The notes under the pieces: model-generated | Database searches by the model: none | What the model saw: only the letters and a program-made list of their open reading frames with translations | What the model was told of the DNA's origin: nothing | Assembly (NCBI GenBank): GCA_964016885.1 | Contig: OZ024740.1 | Coordinates: 88,598,001 to 88,662,000 of the forward strand | Source of the DNA: Eledone cirrhosa | Taxonomy: Eukaryota | Length of the DNA stretch: 64,000 nucleotides | Direction: 5' to 3' | Program-made: the position numbers and the translations under genes | Shown here: positions 13,386-28,123 of the stretch, one piece after another | Position numbering within the stretch: position 1 is the stretch's first letter | Layout: every line of letters starts with the position of its first letter

Positions 13386-13759
13386 TGCGCACCCCTGGTT
13401 ACTAAGGATAAGCGGTAGCATAATCTCTGCTTTAAACTTTCTTAGCGAGATTAAAAAAAACAACATTTATTTAGATGAATATTTCTTATATGATTCAATA
13501 TACAACCTCGGTCACGCCATGTGTGTATACACACACACAAACACACACACACACTCACTCACACATATATCTATATATATAACTAAGGAAGTGTGGTAAG
13601 GAACCAGATGGACCATAACGCACTAGAGTACTCAATGCTTAGGGTAGTAGAGTGGGTAATAAGAAAATGCCGTCGGGGTTACACATTTTCCTATTTATAT
13701 GTATATATATACATCTATCTATCTATATATATATATATATAAATTTATATATATATATT

Positions 13760-13823
<64 letters not shown>

Positions 13824-13887
13824 TAGATACGTATACATATATACATATATGTATAAGTATATGTATACGTATCTATCTATCTATCTA

Positions 13888-13979
<92 letters not shown>

Positions 13980-13985
<6 letters not shown>

Positions 13986-14601
13986 GTTGAAAAGGTAACA
14001 CACTAGAGAGAGATAGTGCGCCATCAATAAAACAGAGAGTCTATGGCTCCGTTAATTTATCATAATATTTCGCTCCTTATAACAGTCTTTCCTCTCTCTC
14101 TGTTTGGTTGAGCACACTTCACTTAGTGGTTTTGGGCTGCCCTTTCTAGCAGCTCGTCCCTCATACACTACTGGTTCCCTGCCCTAAAACACGCTGTGAC
14201 TTCTCTCTCCCACGTGTAGCTTGACAGTCGCTTTAAATTCTCTTAGAGTTGTCTGAAATGTATAGCCTTACACACGTTGATGAACCATGGGCTATTTCGT
14301 TTCTGTCAACAACTTATTGGCGAAGCAGATCTCTTTGGATTTGTACGTGTGTTATTTAGTTATAGACGTATGTATTTACACTTTAATTTATATTTTTAAT
14401 TATCCTGTGTCTGCTCCGCATTTCATAGGTTATAGATTCCATATACTGGTGGTTTTTCCCTGTTTTATTGATGGCGCATTATCTCTCTCTAGTGTGTTAC
14501 CTTTTCAACATATTGTATTTTAAAGAGCCCAGGATTCCTTCTCTTTTGAGCACATTATTGACAGGGAATAGCGAGAGTCTATGGCTCCGTTAATTTATCG
14601 C

Positions 14602-14602
<1 letters not shown>
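13980..14602 (+). mobile_element. Non-coding HHR-bearing fold-back element, ~538-nt circularly permuted unit (retrozyme-like)
   Basis: Inverted arms 13980-14035 / 14460-14515; direct repeat GAGAGTCTATGGCTCCGTTAATTTATC at 14035 and 14573; decayed HHR at 14270-14352; (TA)n on both sides. Confidence 0.7.
14270..14352 (+). ncRNA. Decayed type-I hammerhead ribozyme
   Basis: acacacg TTGATGA acca..tggc GAAG cagatct-cttt-ggatttg TA cgtgtgt; 7-bp helix I and long helix III intact, two core substitutions. Confidence 0.6.
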
Positions 14603-14604
<2 letters not shown>

Positions 14605-14663
<59 letters not shown>

Positions 14664-15768
14664 GTGTATATATATATATGTATATGTATATATGTATATA
14701 TATGTATATATGTTTATATATATATATATATGTATATATATGTATATATATATATATGTATGTATATATATGTATATATATATGTGTATATATATATATG
14801 TATGTATATGTATGTATGTATATGTGTGTATGTATATATGTATGTATATATGTATATATATATGTATGTATGTATGTGTGTATATATGTGTGTATATATA
14901 TATGTATGTATGTATATATATATATGTATATATGTATATATGTATGTATATGTGTATATATGTATATATATATATATGTATATATATGTATATATGTATG
15001 TATATATATGTATATGTATATGTATATATATGTATATGTATATATATATATGTATATATATATATATGTATATATATATATGTATGTATATGTATATATA
15101 TATATGTATGTATGTGTGTGTATATATATATATATATATGTATGTATATATGTATATATGTGTATGTATATATGTGTATATATATGTATGTATATGTGTA
15201 TATATATATGTATATATGTATGTATATATGTATATATATGTATATATATGTATGTATATATGTATATATATGTGTATATATGTATATATGTATATATATA
15301 TATATATATGTATGTATATATGTATGTATGTGTATATATATGTATGTGTGTATGTATATATGTATGTATATATGTGTGTATATATATATGTGTGTATATA
15401 TATATGTATGTATATATGTATGTATATATGTATGTATATATATATGTATGTATATATATATATGCATATGTGTATATGTATGTATATATATATGTATGTA
15501 TATATGTGTGTATGTATATATATATATACATATATATGTGTATATGTATATGTGTATATATGTATATATATATGTATGTATATATATATATGTGTATATA
15601 TATATATATGTATGTGTGTATATATGTATATGTATATGTATGTATGTATGTGTATATGTGTGTATATATATATGTATATATATATATGTATATGTATATA
15701 TATATGTATGTGTATATATATGTATATGTATATATATATGTGTATATATATATATATATGTATATATT
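14605..15768. repeat. Compound (TA)n/(TATG)n/(TG)n microsatellite (~1.16 kb)
   Basis: Direct inspection; source of the spurious YI/MYVC ORFs. Confidence 0.95.
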
Positions 15769-15769
15769 A

Positions 15770-16380
15770 TGTCAGGTCACCAGTTGGTGCTACTGGTAAC
15801 ATGTATCCCAGTACAACCTGTCCCATGGTCGGGTCGTTGGCGACTAAACTGGCAACCCCACCAAGGTTTCTTGGTGAGGAGGGTGACTTTGGACATCCTG
15901 CAGGACTAAAAACAAAACCTGTCAAAGGGCAAAGGAGCTCTTAAGAGTCAATGGCCATCCAAAATCACCGGGAGAGATGACCCCTTAGCCTTTGTCAAGG
16001 CAGAATTCTAGGAGAAGGAAAACTCTGATATAACACCTGCAACCCTGATGGTATCCAATGATGTTGACTTGTTCTTCTTTTTGGTAAATATCATCTTGGT
16101 TAAGAGAGTGGGACTGGCTTTGTGCAGTGCCTTTGCTCACTATAAAAGCTTCACGGCACAGGCATTGCTTTATATCTGGAGATCTCTCTGCACTTGTCGT
16201 CACATGGTACCATGGGCCCAGCACTATGTGTCAGTAATTGTCACAAGTGTAGTGTTTGTACCAGAGTTTTCAAGTCGCTGGCTGGACTAAAAAGTCACAC
16301 TCGTTCAGCGCATCGGTAGGGGTTCTCCTACATGGATATAAAGTAGTGGCCGTACTCGAAAACGAGTTGGCAGCCACCAT
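15770..16380 (+). mobile_element. ~610-bp bipartite non-autonomous RTE-derived retroposon, copy 1
   Basis: RTE-like 5'UTR joined to a 3' end encoding a C2H2 finger ([22 protein letters not shown]) and a (TATG)n tail; four near-identical copies. Confidence 0.8.
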
Positions 16381-16385
16381 GTATG

Positions 16386-16419
<34 letters not shown>

Positions 16420-16660
16420 TGTATGTATGTATGTATGTATGTATGTATATATGTATATATGTATGTATATATATGTGTGTATATGTATGTATATGTGTGT
16501 ATATGTATGTATGTATATGTGTATGTATATGTATATGTATATGTATGTATATGTATATGTATGTGTATATATATGTATATATGTATGTATGTATATGTAT
16601 ATATGTATGTATGTGTATGTATATATATGTGTATGTATATGTATATATATGTATGTATTA

Positions 16661-17269
16661 TGTCAGGTCACCAGTTGGTGCTACTGGTAACATGTATCCC
16701 AGTACAACCTGTCCCATGGTCGGGTCGTTGGCGACTAAACTGGCAACCCCACCAAGGTTTCTTGGTGAGGAGGGTGACTTTGGACATCCTGCAGGACTAA
16801 AAACAAGACCTGTCAAAGGGCAAAGGAGCTCTTAAGAGTCAATGGCCATCCAAAATCACCGGGAGAGATGACCCCTTAGCCTTTGTCAAGGCAGAATTCT
16901 AGGAGAAGGAAAACTCTGATATAACACCTGCAACTCTGATGGTATCCAATGATGTTGACTTGTTCTTCTTTCTGGTAAATATCATCTTGGTTAAGAGAGT
17001 GGGACTGGCTTTGTGCAGTGCCTTTGCTCACTATAAAAGCTTCACGGCACAGGCATTGCTTTATATCTGGAGATCTCTCTGGACTTGTCGTCACAGGGTA
17101 CCATGGCCCCAGCACTATGTGTCAATATTTGTCACAAGTGTAGTGTTTGTACCAGAGTTTTCAAGTCGCTGGCTGGACTAAAAGGTCACACCCGTTCAGT
17201 GCATCGGTAGGGGTTCTCCTATATGGATATAAAGTAGTGGCCGTACTCGAAAATGAGTTGGCAGCCACC

Positions 17270-17271
<2 letters not shown>
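16661..17271 (+). mobile_element. Bipartite RTE-derived retroposon, copy 2
   Basis: Near-identical to 15770-16380. Confidence 0.8.
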
Positions 17272-17357
<86 letters not shown>

Positions 17358-17360
17358 TTG

Positions 17361-17410
<50 letters not shown>

Positions 17411-18163
17411 CAAATACACACACACACACACATAATATATATATATTTATATACACATAGAGAGAGGGAGAGATACAGAGACAGAGAAAGAGAGTGAGTG
17501 AGTGAGAGAGAATGAGAGAGAGGAGAAGAGAGATGGAGAGACTGATAGACATATAGTTACACGCATGTGTGTATGCCTACATCTATGTAATTATCCATGC
17601 ATGCTTATCGATACGAGAGAAAGAGAGAGAGAGAGAGGTAAGAGGAGAAAGGAGGCATATATATATATAGAGAGAGAGAGACCACAACAGTCAGTCACTC
17701 CAACAACAAGAAAAAAAAACGAATAGAAAATTAGCCAAAAATAAAAGAAGGGAAGCAAAGGAACACAGAGATGCAATACGAAGGAACATATAGAACATAC
17801 GCCTGTGTATAATAATGCGCCAATATGAAAACTTGAAAGGAAAACATAAAATGAGATGGGGAAAAAGGAAACAGGAAATTGGTACTTGGCAAAGATGTAA
17901 TGACTTACAATTGACTAAAGACAGAAAGACAATATCAGCAGAACGAACAGATGAATATTCCAGCTTAGGTCATATTGTGTAAGTAATTGAATTGGGGATT
18001 CAGCTGGAGGTATTGTCTAAACGCCTAGCAGAAAAACCACTGGACTACAGCAGAAATAAACTGGTCATTTTCCTTTAACACCTAAACGCTAAAATCAAAA
18101 ATCTATGTCTCACAGAATATTTTTCTCTTAGATTTACTCTTTCGCTCTTTTCTCTCAGTTCCT

Positions 18164-18243
<80 letters not shown>

Positions 18244-18288
18244 ATAATAATAAATTTGTAGACTAAAATCCAAAGAGGGCTCGATAAG

Positions 18289-18503
<215 letters not shown>

Positions 18504-18564
18504 AAATAAAATAATTAAGTCAAATATGTAAAACTTGGCCTCGTTTATTACAAATTATAGATAT

Positions 18565-18619
18565 ACTGCTATATATATTTCGGTGACAGCCACCATTGGC
18601 TGTGACTTCTTCAGGCAGT
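18565..18619 (-). ncRNA. Type-I hammerhead ribozyme
   Basis: RC: actgc CTGAAGA agtc-acagcca-atgg-tggctgt-cacc GAAA tatata TA gcagt. Confidence 0.8.
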
Positions 18620-19107
18620 CCGAATTGGTGAGGGAAAGACAAGTACACATGTTGTTGGTAGTGTTGTTATTTCTCTGAGGAACTGGAATCATGTACACAT
18701 GTATATATGTATGTAGACGATATATGTAGAAATGGCATACACTAGGGAGTTGAATATATATAATATCAGCTTATATGTGGTAGCATAACAAGAGAATTTT
18801 AAGCTATAGAATAAACAAGCACTAAAATGTACACAAATGTCAGCTACTATAATGATTAAAAAAAGATACAAATTTCATATTGTTATGGATCAGTATGCAC
18901 TTTACTGCACAGTGAAATTATGAATCGAAATTTTAAAGACATTTACTTGAACGCACAAACATATATATACAAACATACAGACGCATATTAACACACACAC
19001 AGGCACACACATACATACACATATATATATATATAAACATTTTTAACCCCGACGGCAGAGCTCAAGCCGTTTCGACGGCTATTTTTGAGTCCATTAGCTA
19101 CATATAT

Positions 19108-19576
19108 CTAGGGCGAGTAAAATTCCCGAGATCCATGGACGAGTTCTCTCCAGCGGTCTCTGTCCGTCATTATCGCTGCCATGTCCTGCGTCTCCAACAG
19201 ACCAGTGTCTGTCCTTAGGGCATCAACATATGCTAACCCAGTATGTCCATACAGGGGCTCCCACAGGAGCACTGAGTGCAGTGAGTGCAGTGTCAACTCT
19301 GGATGTCGGTGAGCATATGCAGCAAACCTCAGTCTCCTCTGTGTCACATTTGAGTCGACTTTTGGGAGGCTCCCGTACAGCTCTGAGTTCTTCATCCTCA
19401 GTGTATACTGATTAATGTTCAGAGCCATCCTCAGCATTCTTGTGTAGCATCCATCCACCATCTGAGTGAGTTTCTTGGTCAGTGTCCAAGTCTCAGACCC
19501 GTACAGCAGCACAGACTCCACTACAGCAACGAAGAGGACTTCCTGGTTGAGGACTTCCTGTATTTGGGAGAAAAGA
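19108..19576 (-). mobile_element. RTE LINE 3' fragment with 13-bp target-site duplication
   Basis: LFVAVVESVLLYGSETWTLTKK..DGCYTRMLR..DRDRWRELV; TAGCTACATATAT at 19095 and 19577. Confidence 0.9.
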
Positions 19577-19601
19577 TAGCTACATATATATACATACATA
19601 T

Positions 19602-20212
19602 ATGGTGGCTGCCAACTCGTTTTCGAGTACGGCCACTACTTTATATCCATGTAGGAGAACCCCTACCGATCCGCTGAACAAGTGTGACTTTTTAGTCCAG
19701 CCAGCGACTTGAAAACTCTGGTACAAACACTACACTTGTGACAATTATTGACACATAGTACTGGGCCGATAGTACCATGTGACGACAAGTGCAGAGAGAT
19801 CTCCAGATATAATGAAATGCCTGTACTGTGAAGCTTTTATAGTGAGCACATTCACTGCACAAAGCCAGTCCCACTCTCTTAACCAAGATGATATTTACCA
19901 AAAAGAAGAACAAGCCAACATCATTGGATACCATCTGAGTTGCAGGTGTTATATCAGAGTTTTCCTTCTCCTAGAATTCTGCCTTGACAAAGGCTAAGGG
20001 GTCATCTCTCCCGGTGATTTTGGATGGCCATTGACGCTTAAGAGCTCCTTTGCCCTTTGACAGGTTTTGTTTTTAGTCCTGCAGGATGTCCAAAGTCACC
20101 CTCCTCACCAAGAAACGTTGGTGGGGTTGCCAGTTTAGTCGCTAACAACCCGACCATGAGACAGGTTGTACAGAGATACATGTTACCAGTAGCACCAACT
20201 GGTGACCTGACA
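19602..20212 (-). mobile_element. Bipartite RTE-derived retroposon, copy 3
   Basis: Reverse complement of 15770-16380. Confidence 0.8.
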
Positions 20213-20756
20213 TATATACACACATACATACATGAACACGCACACATACGCTTACCCGTATTTATCGAAAGACGGGAGGAGAATTAATTATATATGTACA
20301 TATATTTGAGCTTTTTAATTAGCCATTGTGCTGCAAAAATTCAATACTTCAGGTATGTAATTATACAGGATTACTATAACACTTCTGCATAGTCTGTACT
20401 TAGCTTGAAGATTTGCTCAGGAATTAAAAAAAATAATAATCAGTGTGTCTACCATTATAGAATAAAAGTTAGAAAACAATACCAAAATAACCCATGGCAC
20501 TTGTCCCACGATATGTTGTGTATATTGATATTGATGTATATTTTAGGTTAGTAGTTAATCCAGTTAATATTGATTTTATTGTACACTTAGAAATCAACGA
20601 CCATTACAACAAGTCATTTCGTGGATTTAAACATATTTTGTGTGGTTATAAAGGAGTGAAAGTTTCGAACATCAGTTCAACTACTATTCAGTCTGTTGTA
20701 TGTATGTATGTATGTATGTATGTAAGTATGTATGTATGTATGTATGTATGTATGTA

Positions 20757-21366
20757 TGTCAGGTTACCAGTTGGTGCTACTGGTAACATGTACCCAGTAC
20801 AACCTGTCTCATGGTCGGGTCTTTGGCGACTAAACTGGCAACCCCACAAAGGTTTCTTGGTGAGGAGGGTGACTTTGGACATCCTGCAGGACTAAAAACA
20901 AAACCTGTCAAAGGGGAAAGGAGCTCTTAAGAGTCAATGGCCATCCAAAATCACTTGGAGAGATGACCCTTTAGCCTTTGTCAAGGCAGAATTCTAGGAG
21001 AAGGAAAACTCTAATATAACACCTGCAACCCTGATGGTATCCAATGATGTTGACTTCTTCTTCTTTTTGGTAAATATCATCTTGGTTAAGAGAGTGGGAC
21101 TGGCTTTGTGCAGTGCCTTTGCTCACTATAAAAGCTTCACGGCACAGGCATTGCTTTGTATCTGGAGATCTCTCTGCACTTGTCATCACATGGTACCATG
21201 AGCCCAGCACTATGTGTCAATAATTATCACAAGTGTAGTGATTGTACCAGAGTTTTCAAGTCGCTCTCTGAACTAAAAAGTCACACTCGTTCAGCGCAAT
21301 GGTAGGGGTTCTCCTACATGGATATAAAGTAGTGGCCGTACTCGAAAACGAGTTGGCAGCCACCAT
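20757..21366 (+). mobile_element. Bipartite RTE-derived retroposon, copy 4, flanked by (TATG)n
   Basis: Near-identical to 15770-16380. Confidence 0.8.
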
Positions 21367-21684
21367 GCATGTATGTATGTATGTATGTATGTATGTATGT
21401 ATGTATGTATGTATGTATGTATGTATGTATGTATGTATTATGTATGTATGTATGCATGTATGTATGTATGTTCTTCTGGTTTTATAATTTCACAAAGTTT
21501 TACCAATAGAGAGAGAGTCGGTTTCTAACATAGACACAATGGAATTTACACAACATCAACTAGGTAGATATGTATGTATGCATGCATGTGTAGATATGGA
21601 TGTTATTGTATGTGTGGATGTGGATGTTTTGAGTTGTATGTGTGCATGTGTATATGCTTTGTATCTGTACATGTGTATATGCAG

Positions 21685-22250
21685 TTATTAGATGCCAAAT
21701 ATTTGGAATGTTTTACATATTTTTACTGTTCCATTAATGGATTGTACTTATAGTTTCCTAACTAGTTGTGTTCTTTCTGTTCCTGTGGAGCCTTGCTTCT
21801 CAAGATTTGTATTGAGGCAGTTACAAACATACCCCAGTGCCCCAATAATCTGAAGGTGTAATCAGGGTGGAGTATCTGCAGATTTCTCATCAGTTCTGCA
21901 TAAGTATTCTCCTTTTCACTCATCTTTGATATTATATCGGCATCTGCTGGGCAGCTAATTTCCACTACTGTGCATGTTTTCTTCTCCCTGTCCCATATCA
22001 TAATATCTGGTCTGTTATGCCTGCATTTTATTGGGGTTTTTACGGGAACATTCCACCAGTACTCTTTCATATTATGTACATGGATGTCTTCCACATTGTT
22101 GTAGCTTTTAATGTGTTTATTATCGGGGCTATCTATTTTACGAACTGCATTGTACAGTGTTTTGGCCACTACACCATGCCTCATAGGTAGATAGTACCGC
22201 GATGACATCTTTGGACAGCTACTGATGACATGGGTGATATCCTCGATGTT
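21685..22250 (-). mobile_element. R4/Dong-like RLE LINE 3' fragment
   Basis: RHGVVAK..WWNVPVKT..HNRPDIMIWD..VVEISCPAD..EKENTYAEL. Confidence 0.8.
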
Positions 22251-22386
22251 AGTATGTATGTATGTATGTATGTATGTATGTATGTATGTATGTATGTATG
22301 TATGTATGTATGTATGTATGTATGGATGGATGTATGTATGTATGTATGCATGTATGTATGCATGTATGTATACATGTATGTATGTA

Positions 22387-22640
22387 ATAGCTACTGTCGC
22401 TCAGAGAGTGGGATTGGCTCAGTGTACAATCTTTACTCACTTTTAAAAAAAATCTTCACGCACAGGCATTGCATGGTAGCATTTTGCCTTTCATCCTTAC
22501 GGGGTCGATAACATAAAGTACCAGTAATTTACTGGGTAATTGCTGTCCTTGTGCCTAAAGTAGAAACAATTAATTAATAATTATTATTAATTTTATATCG
22601 TGCAATGGCCGTACTCGATAACAAGAAGACAGCCATCATG
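22387..22640 (+). mobile_element. Short RTE-related retroposon interrupted by a SINE 3' fragment (22480-22570)
   Basis: An uninterrupted copy lies at 53140-53310 (-); the insert carries TTTGCCTTTCATCCTTACGGGGTCGATAA. Confidence 0.7.
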
Positions 22641-22849
22641 TATGTATGTGTGCATGGTCCCGTAAGTCCTGAAGGTTTCGTAGCATTGACTTACGGCGTT
22701 TTTAGGGTATATTTCTTAACCTAGTGGAAGTAATCTCCTCTCCTGGAATTAATACAGATTTCTTCGAGGGAATGATAGAGCGTGAGCGAATGGAATTGAG
22801 AAAGCGATATTGAGGAAGAATAGACAGTAGTAGATGGACAATTGTTATC

Positions 22850-22970
22850 TACTTTGAATGAATGAAAGGCAAAGTTGATCTCGATGGGTTTGAATTCAGA
22901 GAGCAGCGAGCCGAAACGAATATCGGAAAACTCTTTATTCGACATTCTAACTACTCTGCCAATTCAGATA
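22850..22970 (-). mobile_element. Decayed tRNA-derived SINE
   Basis: ATGAAAGGCAAAGTTGATCTCG..TTTGAA..CTCTGCCAATTCA is the RC of the SINE head. Confidence 0.55.
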
Positions 22971-25900
22971 CCTTAGCTTTATTTTTCATAAGTGTTAGTT
23001 ATGGTTATTGTTGTATATGTCCATATTAGTGCTCCCATAGGTTTTTTTTCATACTTAATATCAATAGAACTCTACTTTTCAAAACGTATACATCTTAGAA
23101 GGGTGTTGTTTGAAAGAAACATGGCTGCTATTTCTAGCGGTTCAAGCGACTGACCACACAAAAGCTACCCTTTTGACTTTTTGATAAATAGCTGTCCGAC
23201 GGGATTAGATCCTTGTGTATATCAAATATCGGTCGACCACATTATGTTAGCTTTGGCTTTTTCCATTCAGGGGCATTAACATAAATATCAATATTAATAT
23301 GCTATCTTTGAATGAACAGACTATGTTTCTTTCTCCGACAAAAATCGCTTATTGATGGGAAATTGCAATCATTATTTCTGAAAGTTATTTGTCTCCAAAA
23401 TTTATCTAACCCCCGTGGTTTTCTTCTGCATCAGTTATTGTTGCATTCTCTCTTCCGTTCATATTTCTATTCAATTCCGACACCATTTACTTCCCAATGA
23501 TAAAAAATAGAAACTGTAGCTGAAATCCATTCAGCACGGCCACTAAAGCAATGAAGATGAATTTACTCAATAAAGTTTGATAGAAACGGCAGCATCAGTA
23601 ATATCAGCAACATGAATGGTATAGATAGTGCTATAACAGCAGAAGCAAGGCAAGAGAGAGTTGTGCCTATCAATAAATAGCAAATGAATAGCATTGGGAA
23701 CTCTTAAATCACTTTCTCTACCAACATGGATACACTTTTGTCAAATCAACCTGTCTGTTTAACATGTCCCTATCCCAAAACAATCATCTAATAAATATGT
23801 CTTTATTTTTATTATTCGATTCAAACGTTTTGCACGTAAATCAGCTGTAGCGAATTATTATATGTTAGAGGTTATCGAAATAAGATTAGAGCTAATAGTA
23901 ATAATATGATTTCTTCTCCCGAAGCAAATGTGTGTGTCAAGTCATATAGCCGATTGTGTTGGTATGCGAATAACTTTTATCATATCGACTCATGCAGCTT
24001 TTCATCTTAACGTTATGGTGTACTTACGGTAATGCCGAAAACACAACAAACTCTTTTGTGATTTGGGGATTTCAGCCAATTACATACATTTTTTACATTG
24101 AATAATAAAACCTGACTCGGGGATGAAATACAATGATTATGTAGTTGATCTACTAGCTAGAAATATCAGCCAAATTCTTACTCTAACATGCCATATCTCT
24201 TCAAAAATGGAGATTGCAATGGATTATGTAGCCCTGAATAAATTGTATGAGAATAAGATGAGAGGTTCATGGTTGGAAAGACTTTAATCATAGTTCTACT
24301 CGAGCATGGGTAATCTGGAACAAAACAGCAGCAACAACAATAGCTATGACGTACAATTGAGCCTACATGTTCGTTCGACCAATTGGATGTGGCAGTCAAA
24401 TCTCTCTCAAATCCCAAGATATATTCTTAAGAAAGGAATGAAGCATTAACTAGTGGCTAAAATGTCATGTCTTTGAGCGTAATTCTGCATATTCAGAGTT
24501 GACCTACGGGTTAAAAACATCAACATCAATAACAGCAGCAATAACAAACTGATATTCGTTGTTATCAAGAAGGAATAGGAGACTAGAAACATTATACATT
24601 TTTTCTTTTGTAATTTTTTTCAGTGGCAGACATAAGGAAGAAAGCAAAGCAAAGCTGTTCCGATTCTGAATCGAAATTCTTTCGTAACTATTTCAATAGT
24701 CTTACTCCTGGGAGATTTCCCAATCGGAGCCGATGGGCTTAGCCTCCAGAAACAGCAATAACCACAAGCAAGAAGGGAGATTCGGTTAATTATATAGCTA
24801 AATCTAATGTAGTAAATTTAATCTGGCCCCAGAAATTAGTGCCATAAGCTGATACCATGATTAATAGATTTCATTTAATTTACTTCAACTAGAGAAATAG
24901 TTATAACATAATGAAGAAACGAATAATTGGAAATTATGTAATAAACTTGTTAGAAGATCTTAACTTTGATGCAAACCATGAAATTGTAGCCGAAAGATAA
25001 AAAATATGGGAGATTTCTAGTAAATGGTTCTTCGTCACTTTCAACTAAGATTTCGACTAACTAAACTAACTACACATAGAATTAATGTGTAATTGGTTGA
25101 TAATTTCATAGAGAAATGTGTACGCTTAACATATTTCTCTAGCAGAATCAGTGTGATACTGCATTTGCAAGTCTAGACCCGTTTGAATTACAGATAAAGT
25201 TCTCCCGTTAGGCGTGAAGACGGTTTTTCTTTACACATTCTCACTCACAAGGCTTGTGTCAATCGGAGGCTATACGAAAGATCATTTGCTCATGATGTTA
25301 CGCAGTGGGATAGACGCCGAGGCCTCATGATTGCGAACCAAACATCTAAACTGCTCATGACTGTATATTCCAGCAATAAACTACATTTAATGCTATCATT
25401 AATGTTGGAATTGTAGAAGATAAAGAGTTAATAGAAAAAAAAAAAAATAAACAAAGAAGCAAGGAAAACCATTCATTTTGTAAACCTCGAATCCACAGAG
25501 AATGCGTGGAATATCAGTTTCTAATTCGTTCATGCTTTAAGACGGCAGGGTATGATTTGACGTAGATTGCATTACTATTTCTAAGGGGTTGTACGGTCGC
25601 ATAGTGGCTTCCATGCTAGTTTGATAATGAAATTATTGATGTTTTTGTAATTTCTTTTTATCGATATAGCCTGGAGCAAAAGTTGTGACCATGGCCTTGT
25701 AAACTGGTTTAGAACGATGTGGTTAATATAATTCATGATCAACTGCAAATTATTAGATGTAAGGAAAACAAGATGAGGGAAAATTCCAATGAGTCGAGGT
25801 TCCGATGAAGAAATAATGGGGTTAAGGATTAGTTGAGACAGAATATGGAAGAAATCATCAGTAAGTTTGGCTTATCAGATTGGATGTGAGCATAGATCTT

Positions 25901-26042
25901 AGAAACTGAGGCGATTGTAATATAAAGAGATAAGATAGATGGTAGGCAGATAGAATCTGTGGATCAATAATTATAATATATAATAAAACTACATGCCAGT
26001 CAGTTGTCTTAGGACGTCTGTGTGTGTAACATTATCACTAAT

Positions 26043-26203
26043 GGTGAATTGGCAGTATCGGTAGAGGGTCGGACGCCATACTTTGACGCATGTTCAAATC
26101 CCGCCGAGGTTAACTTTGCCTTTCATCATTACGGGGTCGATAAAATAAAGTACCAGTAATGCACTGGGTAATTGCTGGCCTTGTGCCATAAGTAGAAACA
26201 ATT
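26043..26203 (+). mobile_element. Octopus-type tRNA-derived SINE (A/B boxes + conserved central domain)
   Basis: TGGCAGTATCGGTAG (A-box-like), GTTCAAATCCCGCC (B-box), TTTGCCTTTCATC..GGGGTCGATAAAATAAAGTACCAG. Confidence 0.75.
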
Positions 26204-26779
26204 ATCACTAATAACGAGATGTGAGAGCAGTACTCTGCTGTTTGTTACATTTGGGTTTTGTAATGGGTTCGAGGTTGTTGGATGCTAAAGTGTTTTATGG
26301 CAGATCTGAAGTTGAATTCCTCTGTAAGTAGTTATATGTGTTTCTATACAAAATAATTGACTTTACATTCTTCCGTTTATATAACCACCTGCGAAAAGTG
26401 TAAGACATTTAGAAATGTTACAGGTAACATTCTGGTGAAATATTGCATAGTACATTTATGACTTATTAGTTTATCATGAAATCATTGCTCTTCTATAATC
26501 AATAAAGTTACTATTAGACAATTTAACATTTCATTAACTCAATTATATCGAAATATAGAAATATTGACAACAAATCAATATCAATATAGGACAAAAATAA
26601 AAAGAAAATGCAATTCCAATTTAATGACGAGAATGATAGTTACAAAGACAAGAAAACCTATAAATAACATGGAGAAATGTAAAGAAAATGATGAATTAAA
26701 AAGAAAAGAAATATGGAAAATTAACAATAAACATGTCTCAATGAGAATTGATAAAATAAAGTAAAGGATAGTGACATGA

Positions 26780-26830
<51 letters not shown>

Positions 26831-26834
<4 letters not shown>

Positions 26835-26908
26835 AACGAGTAGGACCCCGACGGCTGAGCTCAAGCCGTTTCGACGGCTAATTCTGTTTCCTTACCACAT
26901 TTCCCTCG

Positions 26909-26910
<2 letters not shown>
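26831..26910 (-). mobile_element. 80-bp miniature fold-back derivative of the U3:A8-HHR PLE family
   Basis: RC of 28122-28200; the HHR 3' half is joined to the inverted tail AACGAAGGAAATGTGGTAAGGAA. Confidence 0.75.
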
Positions 26911-26951
<41 letters not shown>

Positions 26952-26984
26952 CATATACATATATATATATATGTATATATATTG

Positions 26985-27018
<34 letters not shown>

Positions 27019-27079
27019 GATACATACATAAATATATATATATATATATGTTATATATATGTATATATATATATATATA

Positions 27080-27193
<114 letters not shown>

Positions 27194-27234
27194 CAATATT
27201 AAACAAATGGAAACTATATTTATAAAACCATATT

Positions 27235-27300
27235 TATTTCGTTATATATATTTCTGGGATATCATATTAAAAATATGGTATGTCTTCCTCAGACAAAATA
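27235..27300 (-). ncRNA. Type-I hammerhead ribozyme
   Basis: RC: tattttgt CTGAGGA agac-ataccatatt-ttt-aatatgatat-ccca GAAA tatata TA acgaaata. Confidence 0.75.
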
Positions 27301-27393
27301 CAATACATAAGCTACTCCAGAAACTGTTGAGTGCTTTTATATCAGTTATAAAATATTTACCCGTTGTAACCCAACAATCTTAAATAAAACTTT

Positions 27394-27480
<87 letters not shown>

Positions 27481-27563
27481 ATATACATATATATACATAG
27501 ATACATACATAAATATATATATATATATATGTTATATATATGTTTATATATATATATATATAA

Positions 27564-27607
<44 letters not shown>

Positions 27608-27691
27608 CATATATATATATATATATTTATGTATGTATCTATGTATATATATACACATATTTATATATATATACATATATATATGTATATG

Positions 27692-27765
<74 letters not shown>

Positions 27766-27770
<5 letters not shown>

Positions 27771-28084
27771 ATGAAATGACAGGAGGCTGGATTTGTGTAA
27801 ATCCTTGAAAGGTTTATTATACTATGATCATTTCAATGACCGGGTTCCGTATGAATCCGGTGATATCATCAGGTATTCGAAATATCATAGTATAATAAAC
27901 CTTTCAAGGATTTACACAAATCCAGCCTCCTGTCATTTCATTATAATATTTAACTCCGTAATAGCACCACCAACTACAAAAACAAAGAAGGTTGAACTGC
28001 CTTACGTTGAGTACTCTCTATATTATTGCATTACGATTGACCATACGGAATAGACCAGCTCTATACAGTGGTGAACCTCAAACC

Positions 28085-28088
<4 letters not shown>
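27766..28088. mobile_element. Fold-back PLE-type insertion in (TA)n: ~62-bp inverted arms enclosing an HHR, plus a ~140-nt extension
   Basis: Arms ~27766-27829 / 27884-27945. Confidence 0.8.
27819..27876 (-). ncRNA. Type-I hammerhead ribozyme
   Basis: RC: atac CTGATGA tatc-accggattc-atacg-gaacccggt-catt GAAA tgatca TA gtat. Confidence 0.75.

Positions 28089-28121
<33 letters not shown>

Positions 28122-28123
<2 letters not shown>

Noticed and set aside
14581-15944. Long ORFs (290-442 aa) of YI/MYVC/HTY composition
   Set aside because: Translations of stop-free TA/TG microsatellite; the same applies to similar ORFs across the window.
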